Below, piece after piece: positions 46,794 through 59,341 of a DNA stretch of 64,000 nt (the first letter of the stretch is position 1; each line of letters opens with the position of its first letter). The notes below the pieces were generated by a model, which saw only the letters and a list, made by a program, of their open reading frames with translations, made no database searches and was not told where the DNA came from. The stretch is from NCBI GenBank assembly GCA_973895155.1, contig OZ316896.1, positions 11,150,795-11,214,794 on the forward strand. Direction: 5' to 3'. Both the position numbers and the translations under genes were made by a program. Source of the stretch: Marsupella aquatica (Eukaryota > Plantae > Marchantiophyta).

Positions 46794-48686
46794 ATGGAGG
46801 TGACTACAGGCATGTTGACGAACTCAAAAGGACACAACGCAAACAACATTCAAAGTCATACAAAGATATTCAGACAGTGTGCCCAAGACGATACAATGGC
46901 GAAGCTAAGTGAAAATTTCAGAGCGGAATGTGAGGAATGTGCACGAAAAGATAATCAAAACAAGAAAGAAGAGGCAAAGGGCACAGCAGAAGATCAGATG
47001 GAATCCAGACCAGATGAATCGCAACTGCGGGAGGAAGTGACGACGACAAATAGCAAAGGCAACATGGTCAATATAGACAAGGTGACAAGCTCAATCAATC
47101 GCTGGACGCTATCATCAGAAAGCAAATCAGCAATCAGGTCTTTATCAGCACACAAACTGACGGAAAGTTCCTCAAAGGTACAACTACAACTAGAAGTAAG
47201 TCTCAAAACAACATCGCTTACGGTAGCCGTGCTCCTTTCTAAAGCTATATTGTTCTCTTTTGCTGGACGAATACCAACCTACAAGCAATTTTTGATGTGG
47301 ACAGAGGACGAATTTTGGTTTAAAAGGAAGTGGAAAATAATGAACGTAAAATTTGTGGGGAAAAATTACTTTCTAGTTACTTTCGAATCACAAGATCACA
47401 AGAACGCAGCACTTGCCAACTTGCCATGGTATTTGGGAAACAAGTACGTTTACTGCGCACCTTGGGATCCAGCTTTTTCCCTCCATGCGCCATATTTGGG
47501 AAAAATGCCGATATGGGCAGAATTGCCTTTCCGTGAATTGGCCCTGGACGGCAGTGGTCAAGAGGTATTTAAGCAGATGGGTGCGATCCTTAGATACATT
47601 CCTGCATCGGAGGACTCCTCCCCCCATGATCGAGCATGTATCCTTTGGGACATGAATAATCCACTGCCGGAAATACTGGTTATCAACCTCAGAAGTGAGG
47701 CTGATCTGGATAACATTACTATACACCAACGAGTACAGTATTCGCATATCCCTTTTGTGTGCTACAACTGCAAGGAATTAGGCCATGTGGGTCCTAGCTG
47801 CTCACGGAGAGCCCAGCCATTTGATCCCTCATCCTTGGAAGCTAGTGAGCAAGAGGGCACTTGAGGTAAATCGGTGATTACTGATCATTTGGCCCACCAG
47901 CCTGAGGAATCAGATTCTCCATCTGTGGGTTTATTGCCGACCCCATCCCTTAACCTGTGCTCATCAGCTGTCAAGATACCATACAGTACGCTATTTGCTA
48001 CCCGGAAAATAGTTTTGGACCAGCAACCGATGATTTTTCTCCCAGACATATTGAACACTATTCAGTCCCTGAATAGTAAGGTTACAACGGCGGTGGAACC
48101 GTTCCGACTTTCTATTACCAAGCCACCCCACATACGCAAAAACAATCCTGCCGCCTTTGCAGAGGTCAATCCTCCTCCCATCTGGATTCCGGGAATCATC
48201 TCTCCCTACATGCATCCCTCTTGGCCACCCATAGAGTACCCGCCCATAGAGTGCCCCACTATTGCTAACAATGAGGCGGCTGATGTTCAGTGCAACCTCC
48301 CATCGGTAAGGTCTCTGCCAGACCCAGGCCGGCTCGACCGACGTAGCGACATATTGGACCAACAGGCCTCTATTCTTTGGCAAAGTAGTGACAGGAGGCT
48401 CTCGCCCATGGTAAGGACCACACAACGCCAAATAATCAAGAAGCGACAAAAGTTGGGGTCGCTATTTGCATCGACAGCCCCTAAACTTTCAGGTAAGACA
48501 TACACAACCCTTCTATATAATCAGATTCTAGCGAAACGTCTGGGGGATATAACTCACAAGAAGACTCTACGTCAATGGAAGAAGACTCAGGACGGGAAAG
48601 CAATTCCTCTACCTCTGATTACGAGACCATATCGGGAAACTCCTCTAAAAATCAGGACGAAGAATCAGGATCTGCTGCTATTATAG
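46794..48686 (+). pseudogene. LINE ORF1 (DUF4283/RRM-like domain plus CCHC zinc knuckle) with one in-frame stop
   Basis: Motifs GKNYFLVTF, PWYLG...PWDP, MPIWAELP and CYNCKELGHVGPSC. TGA at 47862-47864, with ORF 47874-48686 continuing in the same frame. Confidence 0.85.
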
Positions 48687-48702
48687 GTAGGACTCATCGA
48701 CG

Positions 48703-51700
48703 ATGGACCCAATTCTCAAAATAGCTATATGGAACGTAGCAGGATTATGTGACCCAAATCGAAAATTTATTATCCGTCAATGGATTCAGGATATGAAACA
48801 CTCCATTCAAATTCTTCTGCTTCTGGAAATCAAGGCTGATGATTTTTTCTTGCTCACTGCTCTTTCTTTCATTCTCCCCGGATTTAAACAGATTATAGCC
48901 CACCCAGATTCTGGTAAGGGTGGTGCTGCCTTGCTCATCCACCCAGCCTTCTTAGTTAGGAACTTCGGCATATCCCCATTTAGTAGCACTATTTGGACGC
49001 AGATAGAAAGTGACATAGGTCATTTTGGTTTAGTATGTCTGTACGCCCCATCTGATTCAGCTACTCGCACTCGCCTATGGGTGGACCTATTGCAATCGTT
49101 GCCCACTGGAAACTGGATATTTGCTGGGGACTACAACATGACAGAAAAAATCAATGACTCAGTTGCCGGACACTCGTCTTTACTCTCAGGTTCTGAGTTG
49201 GCTGCGTGGTATGCTCTTAAATGTCGTTTTGATCTATATGATGTCTTCAATATCATTCGTGAAGTAACAGGATCCCGATTCACCTGGAGGAGAGATACCA
49301 TTGATGGAGTGAAACAATCTCGCCTTGATAGATTCTACCTCAGTAACAACGGCTCCTGGATGAATAGATTAATATCCTTATCCCACCATCATGACCGTCC
49401 ATTGTCCGATCACTACCCCGTCTCTTTATCGTGTATTATTTGCTCGTCTGCTAATTACAATGGGTCGGTTCATAGATCCTCATACTTCAAAGCCGATCTG
49501 TGGGTTCTGAGAAGTGAAAGCACAATCACCCTTTTTGAACAGGCATGGTCACAAGCTATCTCGGTTTCCAACATTGGACCTGCTAGAGACCCAAAATTAG
49601 CATTTTACCTAGCATGTCGGAGTCTACGTCATAAATACATAGAAATACAAAAGAAAGTTTCAGACAAACAGGCCATCACACAAACATTAAGAACTCGTGT
49701 TCTCTCCTTGCGTTCTCTTGAGGGATTTTCTCACGGAGGTAACAACATCTCTGAGTTAAGGGAGGCCGAGGTAGCTCTTCGTGACTCAGAATTCCAAGAA
49801 GCAATAGACCTTCATAAGCGATCCAGGATTCGCTGGTTAGGGCTGGGCGATGCTTCCACTAAATTTTTCTTCAACATTGTTAGGACTCAACAGCAAAGAG
49901 CATCAATCCCTCATCTTCGTCTGGATGACGGATCATTGACTTCTGATGTAGATCAAATCCTTTCTGAGGTCTGCTATTTTTATAGAACACTCTATTCCCC
50001 GGATGCTCCTGAATCAACACAACATACCGATGCCAGGAAAACAATTCTTCGTCTTTCCTCCCCCCGTATTTCTGATGCTGACTCCCACCGTCTGGACTCT
50101 ATCCCAACTATTGAGGAACCTTTTTTTGCAGCAAATAAGACTCAGAAGAATAAGGCCCCAGGCATCGATGGTCTTACTATTGAAGTGTTTTTAAGCTGTT
50201 GGAAATTTATTGCTCCGGCATTTCTAGCGATCATGGTCTCCTTTTGGCACGATGGAATTCTGCTCCCCGGGTTCCTTGATGGAGTAATTAAGCTTGTGCC
50301 TAAATCGATAGACAAATCTAGGATTTCTAATTGGCGACCTATCACCTTGTTAAACATCGCTTATAAAATCATCTCCAAGCTAATTGCAATCAGAATAAGT
50401 AGGGTGCTGCCACATATGGTAAACAAACAGCAAACCGGATTCATTCCCGGTAGGCAGCTTCTTGATAACATATCCTTAGCATGGCTAGCTTGTGATTGGC
50501 TAACCACTAACAATGTTCCGGCCCTTTTTCTTAAGATGGACTTCGCCAAAGCCTTCGACCGAGTGGATCACAGGTACATACGTGAAACATTACTTTCATT
50601 GGGATTAAGTGTCATGCTCACCCGTAATATAATGGGCCTTATGACTAATGCATCTGCGAAGGTCCATGTGAATGGACAATTCATTGAACCCATTCCTCTT
50701 CTCCGGGGAGTTCGTCAGGGGTGCCCATTGGCCCCGTTGATCTATGCACTAACCACTCAGCCTCTGATGAATTATTTTGATGAAGCACTGTTGACTGGAA
50801 AGGCACATGGAATAAAAATAAATGACAAACTTACTCTTTTTCACAGATTTTTTGCTGACGACCTCGGGGTATTCACTCCTGCCAGTGAATCATGTTTCCA
50901 AGAAATAAGACAAATAATGGAATTATACGAGCTAGCTGCAGGAGCGCGCCTCAACCTAGATAAGACGGATGTGATCATTTATTGTCTAGATGCTCCTCCG
51001 TAGTGGCTGGTCGACTCTAATTGTATCATTATTTCTAGGGGTCAATTGTCTTCTTATCTTGGTGCACCAATAGGGCAGTCGCTAATGAGATTGCAGCTCC
51101 AAGAATATTGCATGAAAAAACTGCTTAAGAGATTAGCCAGTTGGTCAAACAAAAGCTTCTCTTTTACCGGTCGTGTAATTCTTATTAAACAGGTACTGCT
51201 ATCAATGACAGTCTATCATATGATGTATTCTCAGTTTGCCGATAGTTTTATAGATTTGATTAGGCAGACCTGTAAGGACTTCCTATGGGGGTTTAACAAA
51301 GAAGGAGGACGGAAAACTCCCCTTGTCTCTTGGGATCGTTTGTGCAGACGGAAGAAAGACGGAGGGATTGGTTTTAAGGACATACAGACACAGGCATCGG
51401 CATTGCTAGCCCATTGGTCCATTCGTATGATCTCAGACCCGAAGTCGGATTGGGCTATTCTCTTCTCAGCCAATCTTCGGTTAGCTGCCTAGAAAATTCC
51501 ATTTTGCTCAGGCAATCGAATTACTCAACTATGGACCGCTTCTTGTTCTCTTCTCCGTCTAGCTTTAGGGGAATGTCTTACACGGCGGGAATCTGGAAAG
51601 CATGGGCAAAGATCCGGAGCAACATGCTATGGTCATCGGGGTCTCTCGCTATCCCGGCTAGATGGAGAATAGATGATCTTCTTTTCAAATCCTTTCACTC

Positions 51701-52635
51701 TCTATGTCTCCCTATTTCAGCTATACCAAGGATCATCACAGCATATTCACGTATAAATATTAGAGCCATCTCGGATTTGTGGAATTGGCAATCTTCTGAA
51801 TGGATTGACTTCTCGTCCCGTATCTCTAGGTTGAGAGGGTACAGTGATTCAGAATTGGGTGTCTTTCCAGAATTATTTTTCTTCTCCAGTCAGGTCTGCC
51901 ACCTTCCCGATCTTAATCCTTCGTTCAATCTCAATGGTTCTGGAAGGGTCTCCAGAATCACCCGTCCCCTCATATTATGAGTAGCCTCGTATTATGAGTA
52001 GCACATACGCGTACAAACTATTGGACAGGTCTGAAGGTGACTTCTGTGCATTAAATACCAGATGGGGCACATCTGACTCTAGTGCCATCTGGCAGCATCG
52101 ATGGAGGAGACTTTGGAGTTCTGATCTTTCTACTCGTGGAAAGATATTCCTATGGAGAGTCCTTGCAGCTGGACTATTCTCTGGCAAGCGCGCACAACAA
52201 TGTGGACATGGAGATGGTAGGTGCCCAGCTTGCCGACAAGGAGTTGAAGATAATCAACACATCTTTTTCTCTTGTCAACAAGCAATTCTCGCCTGGAACA
52301 GAACCATATGGTTCTTTGAGAGAATACCAGCTCTCTCTCATCTTCCGGGGGGCCATTCCTTCCCTAGTACCCTGGATTTGGCACTAGGGCGTTCTCCAAG
52401 GCACACTGCTCGGATCTATGTAATTTATGAAACAGTGTGGCTTCTCTGGAAAAACCGTAACCTTCGTCTGTTCCAGAACATATTTGTTGTGTATTCCCCT
52501 TTTGCTGCCGCTTCTGCCGTTGTTTAGCATCTCCACGCGGTGGCTTATTGCTCAGACAGTGAGAAACAAAAAAAGCATTTGCACTACGCAGAAAAATTCA
52601 TCTCAGGCACTCTTGCTCATCGTTCTCATCGTTGA
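48703..52635 (+). pseudogene. LINE ORF2 (APE endonuclease, reverse transcriptase, zf-RVT), disabled
   Basis: Motifs WNVAGL, GDYN, SRLDRFY, SDHYPV, KAPGIDG, WRPITLLN, DFAKAFDRV, GVRQGCPL, FADD and CPAC....ED..HIFFSC. Stops at 51001, 51490 and 52525, plus two compensating frameshifts between about 51490 and 51990. Confidence 0.93.
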
Positions 52636-52899
52636 TACTCATTTTGTTTATCCCAAGTATTTTTGATCATTGTTCTTAGTACCAATCGTCTATTTATTAT
52701 ATTCCCATACTACTTCTTTGTACTGTTCCCCGCTGTTGGTTCGAGGTTACTATAAGTATCCTTCTTTTCTTTCATCTGTTCCTCGATGATGGTTCCTGAT
52801 CGTCCCTATTAACAAGTTCCTTTGTCTACCCTTGTTCATTCCCATAGCCAAGTTTATTAAAAATAAAAAAAAGAAGTTTATATATAAAAAAAAAGTTAA

Positions 52900-54081
52900 A
52901 GTTATTTGCAGTGATAGAAGTATTTTCTTTTCCTCTGAAGCATAATCTCTCCTGGATTGGCTTTATTTGAGTCTTCTCTTGTAGCATGCATTATTAGATA
53001 TTATTCTATTCACTTATTCTCTCTCCAGATTCAGATATAGTGTCTGATCTCTGGGCAGGAATAAGATGATCATCTGGATAATTATGGGAATCGTTTGACT
53101 ATAGATATCACACAATGTAGTCAGTGGCAGTCTAAGTTAATATTCTAGTGTGGGCTTTTGGCAGTTTTCATCGCAGGGATTCTGGCTAAGACAATCAATG
53201 GTCCACTCTCTCTGAGCTATTCATCCTCCTTTGAGCAGGCTACTTTGTATGCTGGAGAACCAATTGGATGTTGGGATAATTGGATTGGTTGGTTGCTCCA
53301 TGACAGTAAGATAATCTGTCCCAATGAGTGGTTTCGACAATCAGGAATCTCTTCTGGCTCAGAGTAAGGTTATTCTGTCCTCTGTGGAGTATCATTTGCT
53401 ACCCACAGGTTTTTTGGGTGCCTTGGCTGGCTGGCGCAGAGTATTGCATCCACAGGGGAATCTCTAACCATTTGTCTTTTGGGAGACCGAAGTATTCCGG
53501 GAATGCCTTAAGGCGAGTATGGGAAGGGAGGAAGTAAACATCGAATGATGGCAACTATTTGGCACAACCCCTCGGTCAGTTGGTTTCTCAGATCAATGTT
53601 TGCGGTTGTCCCAGTTGGCGGATCATATGGGACTGTCCTCGGCTCGCTTGATCAGTGTTCCTGGTAATCAAGGTCCCGGGGTTCTCTCATTGACGACAGG
53701 AGGGTTTATTTGGGTGGTCTGCCAAGGGAGGATGGAGCTTGGTTGGTGATCAGTTGGATGTCTGGCTGGGTTCCATGCTATTTGGTTGCTGCTTCTGGTT
53801 CATTATGGTTCTATGTTAGTTGTAGGTACTCTCTGCCATCTGGCTTTGTTTGGCCCCCTCCTGCCATCTTTGACTAGCCCCTCTCTCCGGCCAGTCTGGT
53901 AGGGAGGGTCCTCCTTTTTCTCTGGGTGTGCTTCTTCTCATTGGCCCCCATTAATTGGTCTTTTTCCTTGCCTCCTCCTTTCAGGCAGATGTTTTCTTTT
54001 GTCCGGGTATCCCGGTGGAATAAAGTTGTGGGGGATCTCCCTTTATTAAAAAAAAATTTATAAAAATTTATAAAAAAAAAA
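52900..54081 (+). mobile_element. Older LINE 3' fragment with an A-rich tail
   Basis: Trp-rich decayed ORF2 C-terminal fragments, a pyrimidine-rich 3' UTR, and the tail TTTATTAAAAAAAAA...TATAAAAAAAAAA at 54042-54081. Confidence 0.55.
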
Positions 54082-54214
54082 GGAAGAAAGAAAGATGGTC
54101 CAATGCCGGCCTTGAGTAAGTAAAAAACTTTTTAAAGCAGAATTAGACGTGCCTTCTACTATTGTTATTTCACAAAAACTCCCGCCCATTCCAAAATGGT
54201 TTATGAACAGGAAT

Positions 54215-54400
54215 GCACTGCATGTAGATACCCTTAGTTCGAAATATATCAAGTTATTCTCTAGTTTATGGCCTCACAACCAGTGACATAAACAAGAAGG
54301 AAAGCACTGTATGCAGATGCCGTGAGTTATCCTTAGTTTGAATTATATCATGTTATTCTCTCGTTTATTGTGTCACAACCAGTGACATAAACAAGAAGGA
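54215..54400. repeat. Imperfect ~99-bp tandem duplication
   Basis: CCTTAGTT.GAA.TATATCA.GTTATTCTCT.GTTTAT...TCACAACCAGTGACATAAACAAGAAGGA occurs twice. Confidence 0.8.
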
Positions 54401-55048
54401 TTCGCCCACACAACGTCAGGTTGTGCCTTGGTTCCACTAAAAGTAATACATACACAAGACAGCATAGGTCAAATGTGGGGAACGGGTGGTTTTTCTTTCC
54501 AGACAATTTGGAAGGGTATTTTTATACTTTACAAAATTTCGGGATATTTTGGTAAGTTTCACAACTCAACTGTGAAAGGGTCAACGAAAACTGCTAGCAT
54601 GGGTCACTTACATAGAATCTTGCCTGAATTCAAGGGGTCCAACGAGTCAAGAGAAACAGTCTTTGCCAAAACCATAAACCAACCCTTCCTTTTGGGCACA
54701 TCAATAAAACTGAAAAGCTAATTATTCCTCAGTCTTAGAAAACCAAGATCCCTTCATGATCAATCAACAATCCCTTTTTTATATTACCGAAAGTGAGTAT
54801 CTCACTCTTGCACACACCTACTGATGGATACTTAGCACAATCTTCTGTAAGTGGACACTCCTGGGAAGAACCATCCAGCTTACACTAAATGGGGGTGTGC
54901 AGTACATGATTAAGTGCAAACTTGTAGAATTGTGCAAATATACTCCATCAGTGAAGAGTCTAGTGGCTCCCATGCTAAATTTGGTCCCCTGCCCCATAAG
55001 TGCAACTTTTCCTCAGTATGAAATGTCTATTGATAAGTGCATTTACTC

Positions 55049-55110
55049 CATAGTTTCTTGTCGCACTGATTTAGCAAAACCACCACTTTCAACCACTCAG
55101 CCATACCTCC
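55049..55110 (-). pseudogene. trnS-GCU: Truncated mitochondrial-type tRNA-Ser(GCU) fragment (NUMT-like)
   Basis: The minus strand reads GGAGGTATGGCTGAGTGGTTGAAAGTGGTGGTTTTGCTAAATCAGTGCGACAAGAAA, matching the 5' part of plant mitochondrial trnS(GCU) (GGAGGTATGGCTGAGTGG...TTTGCTAAATC). The T-arm (GGTTCGAATCC) and 3' acceptor strand are absent. Confidence 0.7.
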
Positions 55111-55805
55111 AAAGAAAAACAGAGAAATATTTTTGCTTACCCAGGGTTCGGCATATGCGCGGGGGTGCAAAGTGTGAGAAGAGCTTTGGAATCCCTCTAA
55201 TCCCCTGCCTGCCAACCAGCTCAGTCGGCGGGGGTGGTGCATTGGATGATGGCGCGCAAAAATGCAATGCACTTATCAGTAAGTACAATGTCCTGGGGCT
55301 GTAAGCTTACTGACAAGTGTTTTCAGATACACTTCTCAAAGGGCTCTCGCTCATAAAGTTGTCATTTAGAAGAATAACCTCAGGCCTTTTTGCACGCAAA
55401 TATTGTGCAAACTCAGTGTAAGAAAAAGGAAAGAACAGGAAGCCTTGCAGGTAGCCAGGTTTTGCATTTTTGTGAATAGCATGGAGTGTGCAGTTAAATA
55501 GAGAAGACTGAGTCGACGTGGCAGACAATTCATTCACCTGCTCCATAAATAGTTTGCATGAGCACAATCTCAGGTGCCGGCCTTTCATGGGCGTATTCAG
55601 TGGCATACAAACCTCAGAATCTTTGGTGTGCCGGCCTTTCATGGCACTATTCGATGGCATATAAGTGTAGAATCTGCTGAGTGATTTTTAATTGATTAAT
55701 AGTCGTTGGGAAGAAAAGCCAACGTAGAACATAAGACGCTGAGCTCTCGTCAGAGCTCAGAGTAGACGATCGAGAGTGAGAGAAGTGGCTCAGAATTGAG
55801 TCAAA

Positions 55806-58800
55806 ATGTCGGGCCTGGGGACGCTCAATGGACAGCTTCTGGGTCAATTTGCTGCTTCCATAGCTCCAATATACTTCACCTTCTTTCTAGGATTGGGCTA
55901 CTGCTTCGCGGACATCTTGAAGCTGGATTTCGTCCCAGCAATCAGTGTCATCATCCAATATGTGTGTCTACCGGCACTATTGTTCCTCAGGATTGCCACT
56001 CACGCTCCTTCAGAGCTTGATCTCAAACTCCTCGGGGCGGATGCACTGTCCAAGTTCATTCCCCTCGCGTTACTGCTGATATGGTGGGCGTTCTTCTCCA
56101 AGCTTGGGAGGGTCCAGAGCCTCGAATGGGTAATCACATTCTGGATGTTGGCGGCGCTTCCAAACACGGTTCTGATCGGGGATCAGATCTTGACGCCCAT
56201 GTTTCGGGATGAGGTGAAGGCAAAAGTCCAGAGCGAGACCACAACGATCATTTTCGCGCAGAGCTTGTACTGGTATAACGTAGTTATAGTCTTGTATGAG
56301 ATTCGTGAAATGTTCATTGAAGACGACCTGGCTCAGAACCCCCCGTCGCCGATTGATATCGACCAAGCTGTGATTCAAGGTACCTACCGTGTACCAAGAA
56401 ATCATGGGTTTCCTTCGTAGTCTGGTCGAATGTTTGTCGATTTGTAATACTAGAAAATTCTGGTATTCAGATATTAGGACCACTGAAGCAGAGTTATCTG
56501 CATTGAACTGATTGATAAATTCAACGAACAATTGGACAACCACCAAACCTTACTTTAGGCTCAGCAGAATTTTTGGTACTTGTAAAAAGCACTGAAGGCA
56601 ATTATAAGCTCGCCAGAATGGGGCTTCGGATTTGCTTTTGCGGACTAATTAAGAAAAACAGAAGGAAATTGAACAATGTCTCGTATACGATAATTATAGT
56701 TGTAAGGAAGGACGATATTCTGCCTCCAAAGTTTGTGTTTATACGATAGCATTCATTAGTGAGCTTGAAAAGATCAGGCTCAACACAAACATACGTTACA
56801 TTTTGCAAATCATGATAGTTGGAGCGCTAACATGTCCATCAGACCGTTAAGGCTCGATAGTCCGTGACGGTCCAAGTTCCAACTCTTGATAATTTTTTCC
56901 GAAAGAGCACCTGAGGTCATCAGATAGTTTTCAGTCGGCACTATAGAATTAGCTGCTCTCGCGACTACTTGCGATTCATTTGAAGATTTGACCTGCAGTA
57001 AATTAATTTTCCTGACTTGAAATTGTTTCGTCCTTGTGTTATAATCAGAAGAAAACCTTACAGAACTGGAGAAACAGCAGAGGGGGACTGCTATAGAAGA
57101 AATGGAGAAAAGCAGGACGAGTTGGGAAGGTAGGCCGAGCTCGGTCTGGGAGCAGAATAGGCCCTCTGTGTGGGACGCACATAGGCCGAGCTTGGGTTGG
57201 GAGCCCAATCGCCCGAGCGTGACCTGGGAACCACATCGCCCGAGCGTAAATTGGGAACCACATAGGCCGAGCATGACCTGGGAGCAACACAGGCCGAGCA
57301 TGACGTGGGAGCAACATCGAATGAGCGCGGAAGCAGCTAGACCTAGCTGGGAGATTGGAAGGCCAAGCTGGTCGAAAGCTCCATATGATTCCGAACTCAA
57401 CGACTACTCAATCGGTGCGTACACCCCAAGCTCCTTGACTCCGAGGTCGTTGAACACTCCAAACCGGATCATGACCCCGAGTCGCACGACCCCGAACAAC
57501 CGCTTCACGCCAAGCCGAATCATTGGCTTGGATCGAGATCACTCGAGGAACTCCAGTGCCATCACCCCCGGCCCTGCCTATTTGGAACGCGATCTCTCGG
57601 TCCGCTCTATCACCCCGGCCTCGAGCAAGTGCGGTCCTGATCAGTCTGGGGCCGTCACAGACAGCGGAATGACTCCGGAACATTTAGACCACCGTGAGAA
57701 ACCTCGCCTCCACGTTATCCAGCCTGTCATTCTCCCGCAGGTCTCACCTTGCAAGCTCAGGCGGGCCGCAAAGATGATGATCAAAGTGGTGAGACGCATG
57801 TTACAAGTACCTCTTCTCTACGGCAGCGTGCTGGGCTTTATCTGGTCGATGAACCGCTGGAGAGTTCCGTCTTTCCTGAAAAATTCGGCGCTCTTGTGCG
57901 CCGAACAAACAGTTGGATTGGCGATGATTCTCTTAGGTAAGTCTTCCAATACACTCAGAATTCTGAGTGAACTAAGTCTGCAAAATATAAGTCCATGATT
58001 GCATCGTTCTTAATTAGCCTCTAGCTCGGAAAATCTCGACGCCTTTGCTATCACCCTAAACATGTAATCACGACTGGCGCGGTCGTGTTCATTCCTGTAG
58101 GCTCTGGAGAAAAGCTCTGGCATGGCCGTGACTCGCTATAGAACATTGAATTCAAGGCATTAATTCGTGTGTGGAACTCTACGCTAATGGAGTTCTGAAT
58201 TTTGTCCATCTGAACAGGAATGGTGTGTTATAAATTCTACAAGGGAGAAAGGGGATTTGTACCCTGCGGCCAGAAGCTGCTGTGGGCCGGGTTTGCTCTC
58301 AGGTTTTTGTTTGCTCCTGTAATCATGTACATGTGCGCATTGGCGTTCAACATCAGACACTACCTTCTTGATTACGCAATCCTCCAGGTAAAATTCCCGT
58401 ACAAATATCTCCAAGCCGGATGGCCTTTACCTCGAATTCGAAGCACGTAATCACCCGTAAATCAGTTTCCACACGACAGCGGATGCTGTTCACGTTTCTG
58501 ATTCGAAAAGATTCTAAATAAATTTATTGAAAGCTGTCCCATACTGTAGGTACTGCAGTACTTCATAATTGTCGCAAGCTAGAAGTACTTTCATGTCGTC
58601 CTGATTCCACGTGCTTGATGCTTCTAAGCTTACTAGCGAACTTACGGTAACTGTGCGTTTGTGTTCAACAGGTGATTGTACCACAGGGTTCCATGACCTT
58701 CGCTCTTGCCCAGATATACGGCTGCAAACTTGAAGTCATCACTCCAGCGTAAGTTTTGCTTCACGAAACTGTTATCCCAATTATAGAGATACTGTTTGAC

Positions 58801-59341
58801 ATTAGCATGAAAGACTGCCACTTAGAGCCCAGCTTAGAGCTTCACGAATCGTAGCTTGTAGTCGATCTGTCTGTCTGTAAATCTGTGTTTGTGAGTGTGC
58901 CTTTTGGGTACTCTTGTCTCCCGTGGACTTCGATCAGGTTCCGTTCCATCGTTTGCTCTTCTCAATTCTTTGCATTGTGAATTCGTTGTCAACCTCTTTT
59001 GTCAACTGGCTAGGTGTTGGCCTTCAATTGATGAATGGTACACGTAAGTTACCCGTACGTCAGAACCAAAATGAACCTTGGACCCCGCCTTGGACACAAC
59101 GCGAATTGCACGTGCAAGATGTGAACATTTTCATAGCTGCATTGAGATGCAACTAGTGCTTAGGTTGAAGATTAATTTGGCATCAGGGAACAACTGCACA
59201 AGTCAAAAGTTTAATTTAGTCGTCCGGCCAACTGGTACTAACAGAGTGAAACTGATGATTGTGTTTTGCAGCATTTACATTCAAATGATTGTTTTCGTAC
59301 CCTTCATATTGGCCGACTTCGCGTTTCTCTCGAATATTTGA
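55806..59341 (+). CDS. PIN: PIN-FORMED auxin efflux carrier family protein, highly divergent, 5 exons, about 592 aa
   Basis: Exons 55806-56379, 57049-57936, 58218-58387, 58672-58748 (the conserved 77-nt PIN exon) and 59272-59341. All introns are GT-AG with consistent phases. Motifs: APIYFTFFLGLGY, LPALLF, LLGADALSK, SLEWVITFWMLAALPNTVLIG, QSLYWYNV...YE, GLAMILLG, LRFLFAP, AILQVIVPQG..FALAQIY, AIYIQMIVFVP. Confidence 0.9.
57113..57375 (+). repeat. Coding minisatellite (mostly 27-nt units) in the PIN hydrophilic loop
   Basis: Encodes RTSWEG RPSSVWEQN RPSVWDAH RPSLGWEPN RPSVTWEPH RPSVNWEPH RPSMTWEQH RPSMTWEQH RMSAEAA RPSWEIG RPSW. Confidence 0.9.

Larger units (their letters stand above)
46600..52894 (+). 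mobile_element. L1-clade LINE retrotransposon, near full length (5' boundary uncertain)
   Basis: ORF1 and ORF2 lie in tandem, followed by a T-rich 3' UTR and an A-rich tail at 52859-52894. No TSD was identified. Confidence 0.9.

Noticed and set aside
56810-57400. 196-aa minus-strand ORF with LG.CCSQ repeats
   Set aside because: It is the antisense shadow of the PIN coding repeat.
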